Program-made: the position numbers and the translations under genes
In this document: positions 21,879 through 34,795 of the stretch, in pieces
Position numbering within the stretch: position 1 is the first letter of the stretch
Layout of the letters: each line of letters opens with the position of its first letter
Notes under the pieces: model-generated
Seen by the model: the letters and a program-made list of their open reading frames with translations, nothing else
Database searches by the model: none
Told to the model about the DNA's origin: nothing
Assembly (NCBI GenBank): GCA_946965045.2
Contig: OX337233.1
Location: 1,798,001 to 1,862,000, forward strand
DNA length: 64,000 nt
Direction of reading: 5' to 3'
DNA from: Epithemia pelagica
Lineage: Eukaryota > Protista > Bacillariophyta

Positions 21879-24800
21879 ATGTCAAGCAGGAGTAGTTCGA
21901 TGTCATCCCGTGATGTTCCAGGCGACGTTCTGCCAGCCATGCTGAGTCTTCGTGGCAACCTGTGGGGCAGAGAAAAGCAACTGGCCAAATTGGAAGAGCT
22001 CGCCTCAAAAGTTCATGGAGAAGACTCAGGGACCACTGATTCGAAGCAAGTCGCTTTTGTCCATGGTCCTTCCGGTAGTGGAAAAACTTCAATATGCAAC
22101 GCGCTGAAACGAAGGTTTCCATCTCATCGTTTCTTGTTTGGCAAGTTCGATCAATATCAAGACAACTCTGCTCCTTACTCTGCCCTTGTACAAGCTTTTG
22201 AAGGCTCCCTTATTGTCGAGTCTGATGATACAACAGTTGGACCCTTGCAACCAGAAATTATCTCAGAGAAAGTTGGAAGCGAAGCTTACCGGGTTCTCTG
22301 CGAACTTGTACCGTCCTTTTCACCCACGGCATCTGAAATTTCAGAAGAGCAATTTGACGACCAGGATCATAGTAGTAAATTGATGATGGCTGCCGAGCTG
22401 CTTGCTATTGCCGTCACTACTTTCCTGAGCGCAATCGCTTGCGAGGAAAGTCCTGCTGTTCTGGTTATGGACGATCTCCAATGGGCTGACGAAGATTCAC
22501 TGGTTGTGTTGAACGTCATTATTCAATCGCCAGAGGTGAAGAATCTTCTTCTCCTAGGCATCTACCGTGACGACGATGAGGAAACAATGGGAAAGCCGCT
22601 CGTCTCTTTCTTAGGCACTAATCATGGGATGTCACATGTGCATAGTATCTCAGTGAGAAACTTGGATCAAGCAAATGCGTTTGCGTTGGTGGCCGACGAA
22701 CTTTCTATAGATGTTGACAGCCCCGATCAAACATACGAACAATTGGTCAAACTTATATTTCGCAAGACACTGGGAAATCCTTACTTCATTGTACAGTTTC
22801 TGAGCATGCTGTATCGGAGTGGTCTTTTGAAGTTCAACTTCGCTACTGAAAAGTGGCAATGGGACTTGGCGACTGTGCAGGAGGCAACTTCAGTGGCTGA
22901 CAACGTTGTAGTCATGTTAACGCATGCCGTTCAAAGTATTCCTTTGTCGACACTAAACCTCTTACAACTGGCTTCATGTCTTGGATATGTCTTTGATGTT
23001 GACCTGTTGAAACAAATTTTTGAGCTCAGCCGGACGCACAAAGACGATACTTGCAAAGTGTTCCGCCCGTTCAAGGATCATGGAGAATCTAAAGACAACA
23101 TGGAGCAAGAAGGCATACTCTCGTTCTCGAGCATGTTGAAGAGACTGGTGGAAGAAAATTTTCTTCAACCAAGTGGCAAGAATCTTTATCGCTTCACCCA
23201 TGATCAGCTGCAACGAACAGTCTATGAGCTGGTTCCATCTGGGAAACAACGTGAAGAACTTCATTGGTACATTGGCAAATACATCGAAGCCATGATAACC
23301 AGTGAACCAAAAGCCAGAGCCAAATTCCTCTTTCTGGCCGCTGACCAGCTCAATCGTGGGTCTTCATGCATCGGAAACGAAGATGAACGTATTGGTTTGA
23401 TGAGATTGAATTGTGATGCCGCTCATATGGCGACGCAGCGAAATGGTTTAGATTTTATCGGACTTTTCTTGAACAAAGCACTGGATCTGATGAACGAAAC
23501 CGACTGGGAAACCTCTTACGAGCTGATTTTGAATATTCACAACAAATATGTATTTTTGCAAGCTTCCGGAGGACGGTACGAAGAAGGCATTGAAAAAATC
23601 AATGTCATTCTCGAGCGTGCCAAGCGGCAACAAGATACAATTGTTGCACTTATGTCCCGTGCCAAGATCCGAACTTCACAGCTCCACTTCCAATTGGCCC
23701 TTTGTGATGCAAAAAAAGCCCTTCGTCTCTGTGGGGAACGACTGCCGATCGCCCATTCTCTCTCAGTTTCCAGGGAACTCAATCGTGCCAAGCGTATGAT
23801 ACGAGACTTATCAGACGAAGATCTGCTGCGTCCTACAGGCGAAGTGACTGATGACCGTAAGAAGCTTGCAATGAAAACGTATCTGACAACCGCGATTTGT
23901 GGTTGGCAACTCAACCACCACTTGATTGCTTTGTCGTTTCTTGGCATGTTTCGAGCTACTTGTAAATATGGTCGGAGCATTTTTACTGGAACTGGATTCA
24001 CTTCGTTTGGCGCACTTTTGGCCACGAACGGAGATGTGGAGATGGCGTATCGCTTTGCGGATCTTGGCCTTCGCGCACAAAAGCCAGAGGACACCAGACC
24101 TGACACATCGATGCCGGCCTATTGCTCGGTGCTGCACGCAAAGTTGCCCCTTGCATCACTTGTAGAGCCTTGCCTTCTAGGCTATCGGAAAGGTCTGGAA
24201 ATGGGTAACACCTTTTATGGAAGCATAGCGATGGGAGTGTATGCTGATGCTTACAAGGGCTGTGGTCTTCCGTTGGACACCTTTGCGTCCGACTTGAACA
24301 AGTTCGCCAGTCAGTTGAAGATTTTGCGCTGCGAATTTATGTTGTGCTTCATTTTGCCTACAATGCAACTGGCCCTCAACCTGACAGGTCAATCAGTTGA
24401 TCCGGTCAAAGTGACTTGGGATGTTATTACAAAACATGGGCATTTGAACGATGGCGTCGATCCTTCTAGATCCCCAAAAGCTGAGCTGCAACGAGAGTTT
24501 ACACAAGCGTTCAATGCGTACATACTTCGTGATGTACACACTGCCGAAATGTCTCTGAAGCAACTGTGCAAGAAGCCGAGACGCAAACGTCGCTATGAAA
24601 TGAATCACTTCAATAACTATTTTTTTGCGTTAACCGAGGGTCTAGTTGGATTTTGGTTGGGGAAAGAGAAGCAAACGCGACGGTACCGACGTTTCGCTCT
24701 GAGTGCAATCAAATGGTTCCAGAAGCGACGGAATCTTAACACTGTTCCCCTTGTACTCCTGCTCGAGGCCCAAAAGGCAGCCACTGAAAGCTCTGTTGAC

Positions 24801-25139
24801 TATGCAAATGTTCGGAAGCTATATGACAACGTCATTGTGATGTTGGCAAGAAGTGGACAAATTCATTATGGAGCAATTGCGAACGAGCAAGCGGGAGAGT
24901 TTTTACTCGGTCACGATGACAGCATTGCTGCTATCCAATACTTCGAAAGCGCAGCACAGCTTTACCAAGAATGGGGCGCCTCTATCAAGGCACAGGACTT
25001 GATACAAAAACATAGCCTGCGTGCAGACAGAGTGGATAGCATAGGTACAACGTTGAGAGGGCGTGAACGTTTCAGTTCCAGGAAAGATTCGGCCGGTTTG
25101 AATGATTCTGCAAAACGGGATTTAATACAAGAACAGTGA
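21879..25139 (+). CDS. COG3899-type predicted AAA/STAND ATPase with TPR-like helical C-terminus
   Basis: 1086-aa intronless ORF. Walker A GPSGSGKTS, GKFDQY...PYSAL, Walker B LVMDDLQWAD, TLGNPYFIVQFL, YRFTHDQLQ. Confidence 0.85.
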   Translation: MSSRSSSMSSRDVPGDVLPAMLSLRGNLWGREKQLAKLEELASKVHGEDSGTTDSKQVAFVHGPSGSGKTSICNALKRRFPSHRFLFGKFDQYQDNSAPYSALVQAFEGSLIVESDDTTVGPLQPEIISEKVGSEAYRVLCELVPSFSPTASEISEEQFDDQDHSSKLMMAAELLAIAVTTFLSAIACEESPAVLVMDDLQWADEDSLVVLNVIIQSPEVKNLLLLGIYRDDDEETMGKPLVSFLGTNHGMSHVHSISVRNLDQANAFALVADELSIDVDSPDQTYEQLVKLIFRKTLGNPYFIVQFLSMLYRSGLLKFNFATEKWQWDLATVQEATSVADNVVVMLTHAVQSIPLSTLNLLQLASCLGYVFDVDLLKQIFELSRTHKDDTCKVFRPFKDHGESKDNMEQEGILSFSSMLKRLVEENFLQPSGKNLYRFTHDQLQRTVYELVPSGKQREELHWYIGKYIEAMITSEPKARAKFLFLAADQLNRGSSCIGNEDERIGLMRLNCDAAHMATQRNGLDFIGLFLNKALDLMNETDWETSYELILNIHNKYVFLQASGGRYEEGIEKINVILERAKRQQDTIVALMSRAKIRTSQLHFQLALCDAKKALRLCGERLPIAHSLSVSRELNRAKRMIRDLSDEDLLRPTGEVTDDRKKLAMKTYLTTAICGWQLNHHLIALSFLGMFRATCKYGRSIFTGTGFTSFGALLATNGDVEMAYRFADLGLRAQKPEDTRPDTSMPAYCSVLHAKLPLASLVEPCLLGYRKGLEMGNTFYGSIAMGVYADAYKGCGLPLDTFASDLNKFASQLKILRCEFMLCFILPTMQLALNLTGQSVDPVKVTWDVITKHGHLNDGVDPSRSPKAELQREFTQAFNAYILRDVHTAEMSLKQLCKKPRRKRRYEMNHFNNYFFALTEGLVGFWLGKEKQTRRYRRFALSAIKWFQKRRNLNTVPLVLLLEAQKAATESSVDYANVRKLYDNVIVMLARSGQIHYGAIANEQAGEFLLGHDDSIAAIQYFESAAQLYQEWGASIKAQDLIQKHSLRADRVDSIGTTLRGRERFSSRKDSAGLNDSAKRDLIQEQ

Positions 25140-25459
25140 ACATCTGTCAGTATTCAGGATGGAAATAAAACTGAAGCTACTTCCACGGGCATCTGGAAAT
25201 TTTGAACTGCAGGGAGCATTGGCCTTGGCATTGCCCGAACACTTTGTGGTTCTGTGCCCCTGGCGCGTTCCGAATTAATAGGGCTGGTCCTATCAACTTT
25301 ATTTGTATTCTTATGAACATATCTGCGATCTCACCGGTGTCGAGGATGAACGTTCTCTTGGGGCCTTCCTGACTACACTGCTGTAGGAGTTATGCTTTGA
25401 TTCGATCACTGGTTTGCTTTCAAAGATCCATTAGCGCTTCGAAAAATTATCTGAAAATA

Positions 25460-26857
25460 TCAAACATTTTGATGGTTGGCGGCCGTGCTCTTGGCGCGCG
25501 ACTTGGTGAAACATTCTTGTCTGTGATCGTGAATGTGCTTTGTATTATTTTCTTGAGCGAGGTCCACTTGTTTTTGACGCTCCAAGTATCGCTGTCTCAG
25601 CTGTTCCCTGTCCGGATCGGACATGCAATAGGGACAGGAAATGCCCTGTCGATACTCGGCGGTCATTTGATCTTCAGGGGTAAGAGGGTGACGACATGCG
25701 TTACAGGAGGTTGTAAAACGTGACGACGGACGCAACCCCTGTGTCACTGCAGTGCGCTGATCAAAAACATAACAGTCCCCCTCCCACATGGACTGAGATT
25801 CAGGAATTTGTTTTAAATAAGACAAAATTCCACCTTCCAAATGATACACAGGAACTGGTGATGAAGTTGGTGTACCGGAGGCTTGATCCGGTGGATTCAT
25901 TTTTGAAAGGCAATATGCACTGGCCTTTTCACAGCGAATCCCTCCTGTACAAAACATGGCCACTTTATCAAACGTCCCAGGACGACGTTCGAGTTGGTCT
26001 TGGAACCAAGACGGAAATTCAGTAAAGCTAGTAGTACCTGGGTTGGTGGAGTTGGGAAACGTTCCTAAGGCAATCTCATAATCATTTCGCATATCGATGA
26101 CCCAGCAGTTCGGATCTTTCAACAAAGCATGCCATTCAGCTCCTGGTTTGACATAGTTTCCCACGGCCAGTTCATCTCCATCACGTGAAAAATCATGAAT
26201 CTCAGCAACGCCCTGATTGTCGTCTTGCAAGCCAGTGGAAGGAAGATTTGGATCCACCGATTCTGATTTTCGAGATTCTTTGTCTGCACCATCGTTGCAT
26301 GAGATCTCTAGGAAACTGGGAATGATATGGCGAAGAGGGATACCGCCTGTCATGGACACAATTTCTTTCTTCTCCTTTATTTTTAAACGATGAAACACGT
26401 GTCGAGGATTGTTGTGTGAAACACAAAGTCTCAAGTTTTGGTATTGGGGGCGAACTCTATCACCGCCTTCTTGTTCGTTTAGGTCTTCCAAACATATCGA
26501 TGTCTTCAGAAAGTTGCGAATCTCCACATCATATACGGTTGGATAAGAAATGGTACCATTAATACCTTCCTCGGCTGCCAACAAGAGGAGACCCCGAACG
26601 AGACGAGGTCTCAGGAAGTCTTCCAAACGTGCTTTGATGGTGCTCACTGGTTCGGGAAGCAGAAAGAATTTGTAGAGAGCCAGAATGCTGAAAGCAACTT
26701 CCTCATCATCTTCAACGGGTTCGCCAGATGGGCAAGTCATTGCTATTGACAGGGGTTTCGTCGCATCACTCTCGCTGGAAGGAGTGGACATGATGTTCAA
26801 ATGGGTTGCTCTTCTTGCCCCGCATGATGGATGGAGTGGAAAAGCCCGTTCAGTCAC
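25460..26857 (-). CDS. trhO: TrhO/YceA (UPF0176) rhodanese-domain tRNA hydroxylase-like protein
   Basis: EGINGTIS, FHRLKIKEKKEIV, IDMRNDYEIALGTF, AMFCTGGIRCEKAS, VYHLEGGILSYL, WEGDCYVFDQR, CNACRHPL, GISCPYC. The start is uncertain (first ATG at 26791). Confidence 0.85.
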   Translation of the reverse strand: MTERAFPLHPSCGARRATHLNIMSTPSSESDATKPLSIAMTCPSGEPVEDDEEVAFSILALYKFFLLPEPVSTIKARLEDFLRPRLVRGLLLLAAEEGINGTISYPTVYDVEIRNFLKTSICLEDLNEQEGGDRVRPQYQNLRLCVSHNNPRHVFHRLKIKEKKEIVSMTGGIPLRHIIPSFLEISCNDGADKESRKSESVDPNLPSTGLQDDNQGVAEIHDFSRDGDELAVGNYVKPGAEWHALLKDPNCWVIDMRNDYEIALGTFPNSTNPGTTSFTEFPSWFQDQLERRPGTFDKVAMFCTGGIRCEKASAYCLSKMNPPDQASGTPTSSPVPVYHLEGGILSYLKQIPESQSMWEGDCYVFDQRTAVTQGLRPSSRFTTSCNACRHPLTPEDQMTAEYRQGISCPYCMSDPDREQLRQRYLERQKQVDLAQENNTKHIHDHRQECFTKSRAKSTAANHQNV

Positions 26858-26949
26858 GAGTCACCCCGCTGGGGTGTGGTAAAGATCGCGACAAAAATCA
26901 AACAGAAGACAACAGTACAGTCAGGTCTATTTGAACCTTTACACGCGAG

Positions 26950-27540
26950 GGCGTATAATTTGCCTCGCACCGAAACGCCAGAAAGTAGCTCGTCGTTCAA
27001 CGCAGCAACAATGGTGCCATGATCTGGCTGTACACCGGCCTTTCTGATTTCTGATATCAACGTGTTATAAATGTCGAGCTTGTCATGCAAACGTTCTGGA
27101 TCAAGGGGACGGTGCCGGTCCGGGGATAGCAATTGATGAAACCAAAATCCACCGGCGTCAAACAATCCATCTCGGTTTGCTCAGAGCCTTCAAACAAGCA
27201 TGGACGGGTTGTGCATTCGGCGATCCAAAGCGAGAAAACTCTTCAAAGTATTTCAGCGAGAGCTTGGCCCATTTATCAGCCTTTGTCGCACCAGAACTTT
27301 GATTACTAATGCTTCCACGGCGATTTGGCTTTCGAGAACATAAGATCCATTATGGTAAACGAAGACCGCATAGCAATGATTTCTTGTTCCGATACATTGG
27401 CGCTGAATCTGACTGGAACATTCATCACTTCAATGTCCAAATCGAATTCATCAATCTAAAGCGACTCCTCGGTACAAGCTACTGTGTCAGCAGCTTGAAC
27501 GACATCTTGACTCGATCCATCCGTCTTGTAGTAAAAACCA
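26950..27540 (-). pseudogene. Possible decayed PPR-like gene fragment
   Basis: Interrupted frames give PPR-like pieces (SPNAQPVHACLKAL; IYNTLISEIRKAGVQPDHGTIVAALN) separated by stops and frameshifts. Weak. Confidence 0.3.
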
Positions 27541-28739
27541 AAACAACTACCAGATAAGGCGAGGCCAAAGTGTTCCGGATTGTTGCTGTCGATCATCCAG
27601 CTGATGGAATATCCGTGACACCCTCCTCAAAGTCAAACACACGGATGTGCAATTGATCAAAACCGTTGATGCAAACACAATGCGGTTACTGACATGGCCC
27701 ATCATCACAAGGCCATCTATGACCTCGGCGTGACTGGTCAAATCACGAGACGTGACCCAGCGACGAAAGGAAAGAAGGAATGTATCTTGATGAATTTTTG
27801 CGATGCAAACACTCCTCTCCCATGACACGCAACCAACAACGTTTGGATCATAAAATTCACATCTCATTGCCACAACATGACCATTGGCCGAACTTGAAAC
27901 ATCTCGGCCATGAGAGTTGCCACCGCATGACAAATCATTGCCAATTGGTTCCCCTGAATCATCTTGTACCCCTTGACCTTGGTACCTCTACCCGACTTGT
28001 CTTTGCCACGGAGAGCAACAGTCGATGCATCGGACGACATGGCAGAAGATTCGCTAATCTTCAAATTGACCATTAAAGATGCGGTACATGTTCCGGGTGG
28101 TCGCGTTGTACTGATAGGAGTAAATAAGGTTGTTGACGTTGCCGCAGGGATCAGGGATGCCCGACCGCCATCATGGAACCGCCGCTCAAGAGCGAAATGT
28201 CTTTGCCAAATGTACATTGACAAGAGGAGTCAACAAGGCATCTCCTGCTGTGTACAAGCCATAATACCATCCACGGAATCAATGGTCAGCCACGAGATCG
28301 AGAGTAAGCAGAGAGACTAGACAGCTTTTGAAAGATTTCTTACATTCATTACGGCCATGGTAGAGATTCTTTTTGTGATATTCGCACTAGACAGAAAGCT
28401 GGAGCACGATCGATTGTCTTAACTGATAGCACTTTAGATGAAGCATTTTTTATGAGCACAAGGAGAGAGAGAGCATGGATGGGACAAACCCATGATCCAC
28501 CCTGCACCATCATCTCGCCGAACATGAATTTTGACGGTCCAGAAACGGTCCATGATACAAATTATACACCAAGGAGGTAGTGTACTACACAGATTATCAA
28601 TGGAATGGAATCCTGACATTTTCTGTGGCGTTGACTTTTTCGTGTTAACTAGATAACATAGAAGTAGGAAGGGCCCAGTTCTGAAAATGTATGATTGGAT
28701 TATTGAAGCAAAAACAAATGGTGAACTATTTCTAAGCAG

Positions 28740-29729
28740 TTATACAGTCATAGAAGTGAAATTCCACTTCGGTGATCGAATGCACATAAAATCACCGCAA
28801 TAGTTAAAGAATTGAAGCATATCGACGTCAGTACGACCGGATTGGTAAAAGTAGCAGGTGTATCCCAGACCGCGAAGTAAATGAAGTCCCTCCATGAGTT
28901 CATTGTGCGGTCGAAAACGAAAACAAAACTCGGTAAAAATCACAAAGGGACCCGTCTTTGGATTGTCACGAAGCAGTTGGGGAGAACCCATGAATATTTC
29001 CCTTTCTGCTCCTTGAGTATCGATTTTCATTGCGACAGCATCAGTCACGAAGCTATCTAACCGATTCAACGTTACTTTTTCCTTCCTTCTCCCAGTTCTT
29101 TCAAACTTCTTAACCTCTGGGGTGCGGGATTTGTTCACGGCAGATTCCAGAAGTGATGAGCTGTCATTCGCGTCATAGATTTCTGCAGTCTGATTACTGC
29201 AGTTTGATAGTGCCGTCTGGTGTAGAGTGATCAGATGGTCTAGGTGAGCCTCTTCGATCTTTCTCTTCACCTGGTTGTAGCCACTGAGACGTGCCTCAAA
29301 GGCCTGAACATGGTACCCATTACGGGCAAACTTTAGAGATTCCATGGGGAGACCAATGTCAATAATTGTTGTTGTTGGAGCAGGTACAACACCCAAATAA
29401 CGAAGAATTTGCAGAATGGCTTCGGTGTGGTCTTTCCTGTTGACTGGGAAAGGCATGGGCCCCACCATAAACTGGCCACTGGCAATACTCTTCTTAACAG
29501 GATCTTTCCACCAGAACTTGTTTATCTCCGTGTTCTCATTCCCACCATCTTGTAGAGAATTGCCGAAATGATCACTTCGAGTCAATCGGATGTGTAGTCC
29601 CACATCGACACGCATCTGGGAGACTACCAAAGCCAATATGACAAGCATGGCGGCAGTAGCGAATAGGCGATTTTTCGGAGAGATCGGATTCGCGGCTGCC
29701 TGTGTCTTTGTCTTTAATAGAAGCGCCAT
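28740..29729 (-). CDS. FkbM-family (Methyltransf_21) methyltransferase, type II membrane anchor
   Basis: IIDIG, VQAFEA, ITLHQTALSN, VTLNRLDSFV, MKIDTQGAE. An N-terminal TM (LFATAAMLVILALVVS) follows the ATG at 29729. Confidence 0.8.
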   Translation of the reverse strand: MALLLKTKTQAAANPISPKNRLFATAAMLVILALVVSQMRVDVGLHIRLTRSDHFGNSLQDGGNENTEINKFWWKDPVKKSIASGQFMVGPMPFPVNRKDHTEAILQILRYLGVVPAPTTTIIDIGLPMESLKFARNGYHVQAFEARLSGYNQVKRKIEEAHLDHLITLHQTALSNCSNQTAEIYDANDSSSLLESAVNKSRTPEVKKFERTGRRKEKVTLNRLDSFVTDAVAMKIDTQGAEREIFMGSPQLLRDNPKTGPFVIFTEFCFRFRPHNELMEGLHLLRGLGYTCYFYQSGRTDVDMLQFFNYCGDFMCIRSPKWNFTSMTV

Positions 29730-32195
29730 TGTCGTCGTTGTCAGTTGTTGGAAGGAGAACAATTGGAAAGAAAGTTTGAGAGGATGAAAGAGTGAAAATT
29801 GACCGTTGAACTTTTGTACTGTACGAGTGATAGTCGTACTGGTACCAATAATAAAGTGGCTGCGACTCAATATTACTGTGTTCAACACTTCGATATACTG
29901 TAAGAATAACGCAAAAATACAACTGCAGTAGTATTCTTCTTGACTGGGTCTCGAATCGCGTATTATTATAGTGGATGCAGGAGTATGCATCAGTCCAGTC
30001 AGTCCCATCAGGAGTATGTCTTCGTACTTCATAGTGTGCCTCTAGCTTATAGTTGCGAGAGTATGCCGTACAACTAAAAGTTGCCCTCTCAGTTGCGCAA
30101 ACCCATACCAAAAATACAACTCTGCACTATGAAAGTAAGTGTACTTCATGACTGAAATACAACTTTTCTCACATTTTTCATTTCACGTACTGCACGGTTA
30201 AGCTAGATAATAAAATCACAACCTCGCCATGACGCTCCGCTTTGGATACCACCGTTCATCAGACGAGGACACTGATAGAGGTCGAAGCTTTGTGCGTGTC
30301 GCAAAATGTATGCAATATACACGATTTTTAAGTTTCGTGGGGAAAATCGAAGGATTGGTAGAGATGAAGTCGTTCATCTGAGATGCTACGTGGCTTTTCT
30401 TCAATGTTGACTGTGCTGCTCCGTTTTTGCTGCTTCTTGTCCATTACACTTTCTCACGCCCTGATACTGCTTCCTATTCTCCTTCAGCAGTATTAAAAGC
30501 GATATGAAGTGGTGGATGTGGTGGGAGAAGTGCAGCTTAAGATAGCTTACCACTCCAAAACAGCTCGGTTTGGCACGTTAGCACACAACAATCAACGATT
30601 AAAAGACGAAACAGAGGCCTTCTTTTCGCAAGTATGGAGCAACAGTAAGCACAAAAGCAGTAGTGACATACATTGTGTTATATGTGCTTTCTAGTAGCTA
30701 TATCTAATTCATTCTCTATTTTAAGAAGGGACCTGCACGAGATTTTTTCCACATCGACATACAACAACACACCCAACACCAACCACAACAACAACATGTT
30801 GTCTTCCATGTTGTCATTCACGCCTATAACGGCTGACCAAACAAGAACCTTCCAAGCATGGCCCATTGTCGCCATTTGTGGAGTCTCTTGGGGTTGCCAA
30901 TAAGCATGGCCACGACGACAAGTACCACCACCACGAATACAACTCCATCCAACAGCTCCTCAGCTATTTTTCAACAAGATGCCACTCTATTGGATGCCAG
31001 TCATTCTCCCACTTGTGGTGCATCCTGGAATGGGCCTCTTCCCTCGGTGGCACCGGGCTCCCTCCAGTTGGGATGCTCCTGGTGGTGGTAGTGCTTGAGT
31101 TGGTCCTCGTACAATGATACGCCTTGTTTAGAGCTAGAATTGTTTTGATTGTCGCAAGGCAGTGTCATAGAACCAGCATTTCTTGTTTTGTGTGTGTATG
31201 GTCCACTGCGCTAATAGGATGTCTTTTCGTTGGGTCTATTCTTCTTTGCCACTAGCCAGGTCTATTCTAGCCAAGTTTGTCGTCCCATTCTTGTTTGATT
31301 GCTGTTTGAATCACACTCAATGATAATCCCACGTTGTAAGTTCATTTCTTACGGCCATCTGCAAGTGCCAGCCATATTCCTCTAGGAGTACTTAGACGTG
31401 TTGGAGGTTGGACCACATAGGAAAAGAAAGATAGGTAGCAAAGGTATCGTCTTGTGGATGCCAACCTACTATGAGGTCTAAAGTATAGTAGGAATGTACC
31501 AGGAGCTACGTAGTTTTACTCACCGTTGTATTTTGTTCGGATACTACGAGAGTACTGAATGCTCTAGTGCCTTCTTTCTGGGTGTGCCCATTACGGGCGA
31601 AAACGTACCATTCAGGGTTGTGAAGTAGCGGTATTTAGTATATGTACTTTAATTAGTTACTATCAAGTATGTCTAAATATGTAGTCAACTATACTTAATG
31701 AATAACAAGTAACTGCGTGATCGATAATGAATTTACTTCCACACTAATAAGTCACTATTGAAGCTTTTCTTACTTGACTTAGACTTTTCACCGTAAGTAA
31801 ATTCTTCATATTTATACCACTGACTTACTTACTCTCATTCCACCCGTGACTTTGACTTTGACTTTAATCCAAAAGTAATTACTTAAGTTTATTACTTAAG
31901 TAACAGCTCTAAGCGACTTAAGTAACCTATAATGCAGTATAGTGCTAAATACAACAAGGAGCAGCGTTAGGATAAGTCTCATCCAGTCAATTGTCTCTTG
32001 TCTCTTCCAGCGTTTCGTGTTCCTTTTGGCGCCGGTTCGACGGTGCTTCGCAAATCACCAGACTCTAACTCTCAATCCTGAATCCTGAAACCAAGCCATG
32101 ATGTTTTCATAATGTCGTTCTACCATAGTAACAACCACATCCTATTCAAATCCAGATGCCGACTTCACTTTGTCTTATACTGTCCTTTCTCCCTT

Positions 32196-33464
32196 ATGGA
32201 GTTCCTTGAGGAAGAGATTCAGACACATCTTGTCACTGATGACTCCGATGATGACGATGTATGTCTACTTCACCAAACCATTGTACAAGGCATCAACACT
32301 TGGCTCATCCGGACGGGTCGTACCATATCGATCCGACAGGTCAACACATTCCGGTCAAGGACGCATTACTGTGAATCCAACAGCATTCCCTCTCTGAAGA
32401 CAATCAACAAAATTTCCACCACAATTGTCCAAGCAATAATGGATCCCGAAGGATCTCACTCTATCAACACCAAATACCCATTGGATGGAAATCCCTGCCT
32501 CGAGATTACTTGTTCTCCTACCTTTTCCCGCATTCGAAGCAAAACCAGCAATATGTTGTTGTTGAAGTGTGCCGACTACATATTGGACCAACCCAATGTT
32601 ACTACCAAAGTGGGTTCCCTTGTTATGTCGTGGATGATACGAAGTAATTGCCGCTTCGCTGTTGAAACACCACTCCCCTATCAACAACAAGGTCCTCTGT
32701 TTGTGTTCGTGCCGAATACCATCTTTCCATTCCTTGAAATTTTACAACAAGAAATTCATGCGACACTGACAAGCCATAAAAAAAATACCTTGACAATGAT
32801 CCAATCCCCAACCCGCCCCTCCAATCAAAAGCACAATGTATCTCGCTCTTCATTGTTTTTCCATCCCTACCCTACTCGCAAGCGTAACCAACAGATGGCG
32901 AAGTACCTTCAATCTGCATCTTGTTCCAAAATCAAGATTAACTACCAGGCAGATCCTAACCGGCACATGCCGGGTACTCCACCCAAACTTACGGCCATTC
33001 ACCACCGCCATTTTCCTCCGGTTCCCAAACTGGACCCCGAACAGAAGGAAAAGCAACTTTCCATTCTCTTGTCTCTCCTTCGATTCCATCAGCACCTCCA
33101 AGACCAGGGGATAGTTGCACCCCGAGACAATTGGGAGCGATGGATGGACGACTACTTGGAAACCAAAGTAGATAAAGAAGACACCTACCCACCTGACAGA
33201 GCATTTATGTGCCTCGTCATTATCATTATGAGTTCAAGCACAACAGACAGTCAGTTGGGTAAGATCATCCCTCGGTTGTTCTCCATTGGCATCACCTCTT
33301 CATCAGCATGTATTGAGATCGCCATCCAATACGGAATGGACGCTTTCTGTTCACTCATTTCCGAATCGGGACGGTATTATCTCAATGCCGAACGCATTGA
33401 CAACTTCAACGACAACACCATTATTCGTAGTACCATGAACACCATGGCCCGAGTGTACCTATAA
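32196..33464 (+). pseudogene. Transposon-borne N-domain + Nth-like glycosylase fusion, truncated before the HhH motif
   Basis: One open frame runs from the N-domain through PRDNWERWMDDY, RAFMCLVIIIMSSSTTD and SGRYYLNAERI, then unrelated sequence and a stop (internal deletion). Confidence 0.8.
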
Positions 33465-33561
33465 CAATGACCCATCGTTCATATACTTTCTTTCTTATCA
33501 TGTATGTTTACTACTATTCCTTTGTCGTCTTCTTTGCTCAAATCATTCTCTCCGTAATCTT

Positions 33562-34795
33562 TCACGGCGAAGAGAGTCTTGTTGATGTTCTTTTTGGTCG
33601 TTTGCTAGGTGTTTGGTTGTCATCACTCTTATCACTTGATCTTGCCCGTGATTTCTTTTTGTCATGTTTGTCAGCGTTGTTGCTTCCTGTTGCTTCCTCA
33701 GACATTGGTTGCTTGGTTGCACCTTGCTTCTCTTGGTTTGCCGAAGGGGAACTGTACTGCTCCAATGTACTATCCGTTGTTTGGGTCCCTGTACCAGACA
33801 AAAGAGGTGTACCACGGGTCGATTCAACTTGTATGGCTGCAATCTCTTCTTTCAATGCACGAAGTAGACCAGCATCACTTTCGTCCATATCTTCGGCAGT
33901 TTCCCCATCTTGTTGGATAGTGTCACCCTCAACTGGTATGCTGACAACAATTATATCATCTGCCTCCATGGGGGTGTCACCCACATCGGGATCATCGCTC
34001 TCTGCAAAGAACTTCATCAATGATTGTTCATGCTCCTCACCCTCACATGTCGTTTGGGCTTTGTCGTTTTTCTCTTCATTCTTCCCGGCCTTCTGTGTCT
34101 TCTCTGAGTTCTCTTTTCGAGACGCTTCTCCCGTCCCTGAATTGTCAAGGTCTGGTACAACTGCTTTCTTGTTGTACGCCGACAACTCCTCCGTTGCTCG
34201 CTTGATTGCGGCGGCCATTCTTAGCTGTCTTCCTTGTTCTTTCTCTGCCTCACTGTGTGGATTTGTGGTTTCCTTTTGGACACTGTTAGCACCGAAACTG
34301 GTAGCATCATCTTGAGCCTCCACTCCGTTTTGTTCCGAGGGCTGTCCTGTAGAGTCTTGTACCAAAATGGCATTAGCTGCACTATCACCACCTTGCATGT
34401 CTTCATTGTTGTCCTGTGTCGTGTCAATTACCGTCTTGTCCTGCTTTCTACCTGCCTGGATAGGTTCATCCAACTGTTGTCGGCGAGTTAGTTCCTTCTC
34501 TCGCTCTATGATCTTCTTCCTTAAAGAGCGTGTCTGGTACTCAATGGTCCGCATTTCGTTGTGTTTCTCTAGTGTATTTGACATGAGCTTGTTTGAATGA
34601 AACCAAGTACTCGAAGAAAAAACACGCTCTTGAAAGGCGTTCGTGGGTGGTTTCGTGAGCCAAATCAATGCTGAAGGGAAGAGAAATGGATATTCATTTG
34701 CATGGTCCCTCCACCATTTCATCACATCAAAGTATCGGGCAACTGCCAGATAGTAGTTATTGGCACAAGCGTCATATGAGGACCTCCATTGTGCT
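33562..34795 (-). pseudogene. hAT transposase C-terminal fragment
   Basis: QWRSSYDAC...ARYFDVMKWWRDHANEYPFLFPSALIWLTKPPTNAFQERVFSS...EMRT, followed by an acidic then basic tail; homologous to element 1. Confidence 0.85.
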
